A stretch of DNA of 64,000 bases from an uncultured Verrucomicrobiae bacterium (GTDB taxonomy: Bacteria; Verrucomicrobiota; Verrucomicrobiia; Limisphaerales; Palsa-1400): the NCBI GenBank assembly GCA_963764165.1, contig CAVXRD010000003.1, positions 224,001-288,000 on the forward strand. Reading direction: 5' to 3'. Shown here in pieces: positions 59,975 through 64,000 of the stretch; the first letter of the stretch is position 1; every line of letters begins with the position of its first letter. The translations under genes were made by a program, and so were the position numbers. Below the pieces are notes generated by a model that saw nothing but the letters and a program-made list of their open reading frames with translations, searched no databases and was not told the DNA's origin.

Positions 59975-61003
59975 TCAGACCGGAACTTGCGCCGCCCCGC
60001 ATTGATAGAATTCCGCCAAGCCCTGCCGCGACGGTTCCAATCCCTCCGCCGCCATTGCTTCGAGAACCCGCTCTTCAGTCATGATGAAACGCTCGCGCTT
60101 GTAAATCACATAGTCCTCGCGCAGCCGGCTCGGGGTCATATTGATGGTGACGAGATTGGCGCCTGCCGCAAGGCCCTGCCGGTAGCCATCCTTGGCGGCG
60201 AGATTCAACGCGCTCACCGCCGGGATAATCCAGCCGGGCCGCATCAAGCGCATGGCGGCGATGCAGTTGAATGTCCATCCGGCGTTCGCCGGCGCCAGGC
60301 CCCGCATTGGCGTGTCCTCGCCGGGAATGAACGGACTGACACTGCAGCCGCCCAGCGGCAGCGAGGCCGCGTATTCCAAATTGCGCAGCCACGAAGCTGG
60401 CGTCTGCCCTGGCAGCCCACCGATAAATCCCGAGCTGACGAACCATCCCGTTTCCGCGAGATGCCGGATGTCGCGCTCCCGTTCCTCCAAGGTTCCAGGC
60501 GCCTTGATGCGGAGAAATTCCTCCGGATCGCCGTTCTCGAATTTCATGATGTAAATGGACGCGCCCACGCTCCGCAATTGCGCGTAGAGATCAGGCTGCA
60601 AATTGCCAAGGCAAACGCTGATGCCGATATTCCGCTCGCGCCGAACCAGCTTGATCAAAGGCAGCACTACTTCGCGCACCGCCACGGGATCCTCGCCGGT
60701 CTGGATGTTGAGGTCGGTCACACTTGCGGGAATATGATTGACGAGCATCTCCGCGATTTCCTCGGCCTTGGCGCGGAACCGGGGGAGCTGCCGATTGTCT
60801 CGCCGCATGCCGCAGTACCAGCAATTTTGCCGGCAAAAATTGGAGACTTCGACCACAGCCCGGACAAAGACACGATTCCCGAATTGGCCGCGGGTCGCGG
60901 TGGCCGCGCGTTCATGAAGCTTCGCCTGCTCGGTTCCGGCAGCGGTCAAGTCGCGCTCGTTTGGATAGTAAACCGTTTCCGACACTCTGTTAAATAAAGT
61001 CAC
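59975..61003 (-). CDS. Radical SAM enzyme, HydE/BioB/PylB-like family
   Basis: EVSNFCRQNCWYCGMRRDN, QTGEDP, GLPGQT, PFIPGEDTP, GANLVTINMTP...YVIY. Confidence 0.88.
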   Translation of the reverse strand: MTLFNRVSETVYYPNERDLTAAGTEQAKLHERAATATRGQFGNRVFVRAVVEVSNFCRQNCWYCGMRRDNRQLPRFRAKAEEIAEMLVNHIPASVTDLNIQTGEDPVAVREVVLPLIKLVRRERNIGISVCLGNLQPDLYAQLRSVGASIYIMKFENGDPEEFLRIKAPGTLEERERDIRHLAETGWFVSSGFIGGLPGQTPASWLRNLEYAASLPLGGCSVSPFIPGEDTPMRGLAPANAGWTFNCIAAMRLMRPGWIIPAVSALNLAAKDGYRQGLAAGANLVTINMTPSRLREDYVIYKRERFIMTEERVLEAMAAEGLEPSRQGLAEFYQCGAAQVPV

Positions 61004-61088
61004 AAATTTGGCACGTATCTATAAGGCAAAACCCTACCGGCATCGGTCGAATCTTGCCGGTATGATGCGACGGAATCGGCGTGAATTG

Positions 61089-62297
61089 TCAAGCCCGGAC
61101 GCTGGAGCGAAGCGTGATGTGAACAATCTCGGCGGGGGCATTGACGCGGAGTGGAAACCAATTCCCGACGCCGTTGGAGACAATCATCTGGCTTTCCGCA
61201 GTCGTGTACAATCCCGACCAATAGCGAAACATGGCGGGACCAAACCCATGCTGGCTGTCAAACATCAATTGCCCGCCGTGCGTGTGCCCCGAGAGTGTTA
61301 GCGGGATCTTCGCCTCCGCCGCCGGATCAAACGCGTGCGGATGATGGGACAGCAGAATTGGAAAAGCGTCCGGCTGCCGGCGCTGCATCATTTTCTGGAT
61401 GGCCGCGTTCGCCGCTTGAACCCGCTTTGGCCCCTCCGCGCGAGTCCAGCGCAGCCCGTAAAGTTCCACAGGACAGCCGCGAATTGGAACGACGACAGAC
61501 TCGTCGAGAAGCAGCGGAATTCCGGCGGCTTTGACGCGGCGCTCGAACTCCTCCCCGTTCTCAATCAAATCGTGATTGCCTTCGATCATCCACGACCCGT
61601 ATTTCGACTCCATGGACTTCACCAGGAAGATGCCTTCGGACAGATCGCTTAATGCGTCATTGATGAGATCGCCTGTCAACATCACGACGTCAGCGCGCAT
61701 TTCATTGGTCACGCGCACCATCTCCTTCAGCACACGGCCGCTCGTCAGTTTGCCGACGTGGATGTCACTCACATGCGCGATGGTCATTCCATCGAGTTGC
61801 TTGGGGAGCGCAGGCAAATTCAGCGTGAACCGGCGCACGCGGAATTGATTTAATTGAGCCAGCGCGACACCAGTAAGGCCGATGCTGAAAATAGCGGGAG
61901 CAACCGCAACGCTGGTTCCGAAGAACTCCCTGCGGGTGAGTGACTCTCCGTTTGCGTTCGACGGTTCGCCCGTCGGACCGGGATGTTTTGCGGCGCGCAT
62001 CAGCAGTCGAAATAATCCCAGCAATCCTGCCGCAACACCAATGACGATAACGAAAGCCAGGCCAAAAAAATGCCATGTGACTATGGACGTGAAGACAATC
62101 TTGGGAGTTTCGTGCAGCCATTGGACACGCCAAATGCGCTCCGCAAAGATGGCCAGGAAGCCGGCCATCTGCGCGGCCATGAAGGCTCCCAGCGCGACGC
62201 GCCAAACCCGCTGCTGGGCCAAACGCGATACCGCCCACCACCACGCCACGTCCAACGCCAGCATCACTACGATGATGCCAATGACAATCTTAAACAC
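61089..62297 (-). CDS. Membrane-anchored metallophosphoesterase (YkuE/YaeI-like)
   Basis: SDIHVG, TGDLI, GNHD, LSHHP, LSGHTHGGQ; N-terminal TMs. Confidence 0.92.
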   Translation of the reverse strand: MFKIVIGIIVVMLALDVAWWWAVSRLAQQRVWRVALGAFMAAQMAGFLAIFAERIWRVQWLHETPKIVFTSIVTWHFFGLAFVIVIGVAAGLLGLFRLLMRAAKHPGPTGEPSNANGESLTRREFFGTSVAVAPAIFSIGLTGVALAQLNQFRVRRFTLNLPALPKQLDGMTIAHVSDIHVGKLTSGRVLKEMVRVTNEMRADVVMLTGDLINDALSDLSEGIFLVKSMESKYGSWMIEGNHDLIENGEEFERRVKAAGIPLLLDESVVVPIRGCPVELYGLRWTRAEGPKRVQAANAAIQKMMQRRQPDAFPILLSHHPHAFDPAAEAKIPLTLSGHTHGGQLMFDSQHGFGPAMFRYWSGLYTTAESQMIVSNGVGNWFPLRVNAPAEIVHITLRSSVRA

Positions 62298-62343
62298 GTC
62301 GCACCATAAGGCCGCGCGCCCAGGCTCGCAATGAGGCGAAACC

Positions 62344-63714
62344 TCACTTCGCGCCGATGGCCACCACGTGGCCTGCGGTGCGGACAAAAATGGTTCCGTC
62401 GGAAATTGCGGGAGTCGCCATGCAGACTTCGTCCATTTTGTTGGTGGCGAGGACGTTGAATTCGTTGCCCGGTTTTACGACGTAAATGGTCCCCTGCTCG
62501 CTCGCAAAATAAAGCTTCCCGGGCGACGCCACCGGCGATGACGTGAATCCGTCATCGCCAGAGCCAAGGCGCTCTTTGTAAATAGAATTGCCGGTGGCGG
62601 CGGCGAAACACGAGAGCACACCGGTTGTCTGGCAGGAATAAAGGTTGTCTCCGTAAATCAGCGGAGTCTCCATGTAAGAGGCGCCACGCGGCGTGCTCCA
62701 CGCGATTTCCGCGTTAGTCGCCGCCCCGTCCTTCAAGGATATGTCTCCGGTCGCGTTCTCGCGCACCGCGAAGATAGGACTGCGCGGCCCGTGGGCGCTC
62801 ATGATAAAAATCAACCCGTGCCACATGACCGGCGTTGGCACCGGGCAATCGCCGCCGCCGGCCAGGCGCCAAATCTCCTCGCCGGTGTTCAAATCGTAAC
62901 CGCCCATGTGCTTCCAGCCGTTGACCACCAATTGCGGCTTCGGTGCCGTCGTGCAGATGTTGGGCGTGCTCCACGTCCCGGTGTCGTCCCGTTTGGTGCG
63001 CCAAATTTCGCCGCCATTTTCAAGATTGAAGGCCGCGACAAAACCGTTGCTGACGATGTCGCATTGGACGAACAAACGATTATTATAAATGACAGGAGAG
63101 CTCGCGAAACCCCAGTCCAGCGACGACATCTCCGGCGCGGGATGATCGTTGTAAACAATAGGACTGGCCCGCAATTTGCCCAGATCTTTTTTCCACCGAA
63201 GATTGCCGTTGAGGTCGTAGCAATAAAGCCCCTCGGAGCCAAAGAACGCCACGAGGTTTGTTCCATCTGTCGCCATCGTGCAATTGGCGTGCGTGGCCTT
63301 TGGATGCCGCGCCACATTCGGCTTTCCTTCGTGGGCCGTCGCCTGCCACAGGATGCCGCCTGATTTCCGATTTAGGCAACACACCTTCCATTCTTGAATG
63401 TCATTGTCCTCGGCGGATTCGGGATCGCCATAGACGCCCACTTTGAGTGGAGCGGTCTTTGCTTTGTTGACAGCCGTCGTGACGAAGAGGCGATCACCCC
63501 AAATGATCGGACTCGAGTGCCCGAGCCCTGGAATCGCCGTTTTCCAAAGTATATTTTCGGATTTGGCGACGTTCCAAGTTGTTGGCGTTGGCGCCCCCTC
63601 AGCGATTCCATTGGCGCCCGACCCGCGAAAGGACGGCCAGTTCGTCTCCGAGGCTTCGGCAAGAGCAATTGAGAGAAGAAGGGCTGTGATGGAGATAACT
63701 TTCGAGTTTGGCAT
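62344..63714 (-). CDS. Secreted PQQ-binding-like beta-propeller protein
   Basis: Signal peptide, NWPSFRG, WKTAIPGLGHSSP, repeated SSP/W motifs, ATPAI. Confidence 0.9.
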   Translation of the reverse strand: MPNSKVISITALLLSIALAEASETNWPSFRGSGANGIAEGAPTPTTWNVAKSENILWKTAIPGLGHSSPIIWGDRLFVTTAVNKAKTAPLKVGVYGDPESAEDNDIQEWKVCCLNRKSGGILWQATAHEGKPNVARHPKATHANCTMATDGTNLVAFFGSEGLYCYDLNGNLRWKKDLGKLRASPIVYNDHPAPEMSSLDWGFASSPVIYNNRLFVQCDIVSNGFVAAFNLENGGEIWRTKRDDTGTWSTPNICTTAPKPQLVVNGWKHMGGYDLNTGEEIWRLAGGGDCPVPTPVMWHGLIFIMSAHGPRSPIFAVRENATGDISLKDGAATNAEIAWSTPRGASYMETPLIYGDNLYSCQTTGVLSCFAAATGNSIYKERLGSGDDGFTSSPVASPGKLYFASEQGTIYVVKPGNEFNVLATNKMDEVCMATPAISDGTIFVRTAGHVVAIGAK

Positions 63715-63840
63715 AAACGACAGCGAAATACTGCTTGCGCTTGTCGCGAGATGCTCGCCGCGCCGCGCCGGAGATGTCAAGCCGCTTGTCAATTTCAGAT
63801 TCAACGGCATGATGACGGCCAATGTTTTCAGAGGCAATAT

Positions 63841-64000
63841 ATGGAGCCGTCCACCGCGCGATCTGAGTTCATAAAGCGCTGGATTCGCAAGGGTGTCACG
63901 ATGGCGCTCGTCACCGTTCTATTCGGATATTTCTACCAATGGGCGGCGCCCAAGGCATTCCCCTCGGCGCCACCACCGGGATTCGCGCTTGGCATGCTGC
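63841..64000 (+). CDS. Hypothetical membrane protein (partial)
   Basis: MEPSTARSEFIKRWIRKGVTMALVTVLFGYFYQW... open to the window end. Confidence 0.45.
   Translation, partial: MEPSTARSEFIKRWIRKGVTMALVTVLFGYFYQWAAPKAFPSAPPPGFALGML

Noticed and set aside
59975..61003. Calling the radical SAM enzyme hydE or bioB
   Set aside because: No hydrogenase or biotin genes in the window and the context is KS/ACP; only family-level similarity is supported.

Overview
A GC-rich bacterial chromosomal window. Gene content (H-X9-DG prepilin-like proteins, ECF sigma with a long C-terminal extension, MoxR/DUF58/vWA operon, PQQ-like propeller, REP-like palindromes) suggests a PVC-superphylum organism, probably Verrucomicrobiota; this is inference. 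In order: a partial AraC/GyrI regulator missed by the ORF track; a divergent Fic/Doc-like gene pair; a MoxR operon; an 11-gene type II secretion-like cluster (gspE-F-G-H-I-J-K-L-M-C-D); two prepilin-like genes; an ECF sigma factor; two decayed toxin-antitoxin loci; a frameshifted giant sensor kinase with discoidin-like domains plus a hybrid kinase; a serine hydrolase; an IS66 remnant; a CHASE3 kinase-CheR-CheB module; pyrG/kdsB/gmhB; vapBC; DUF47-PiT; and several enzymes. Best candidates for something new: (1) a compact operon coupling a HydE-like radical SAM enzyme to a ketosynthase, a Cys-less chain-length-factor-like KS and an ACP (57380-61003); (2) a nested family of non-coding palindromic elements in three copies, one carrying a 140-bp MITE with a 4-bp target duplication in its hairpin loop, with a derivative sitting in frame in a pseudopilin leader. 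No rRNA, tRNA or CRISPR array was recognised. All assignments come from motif reading, not database searches.
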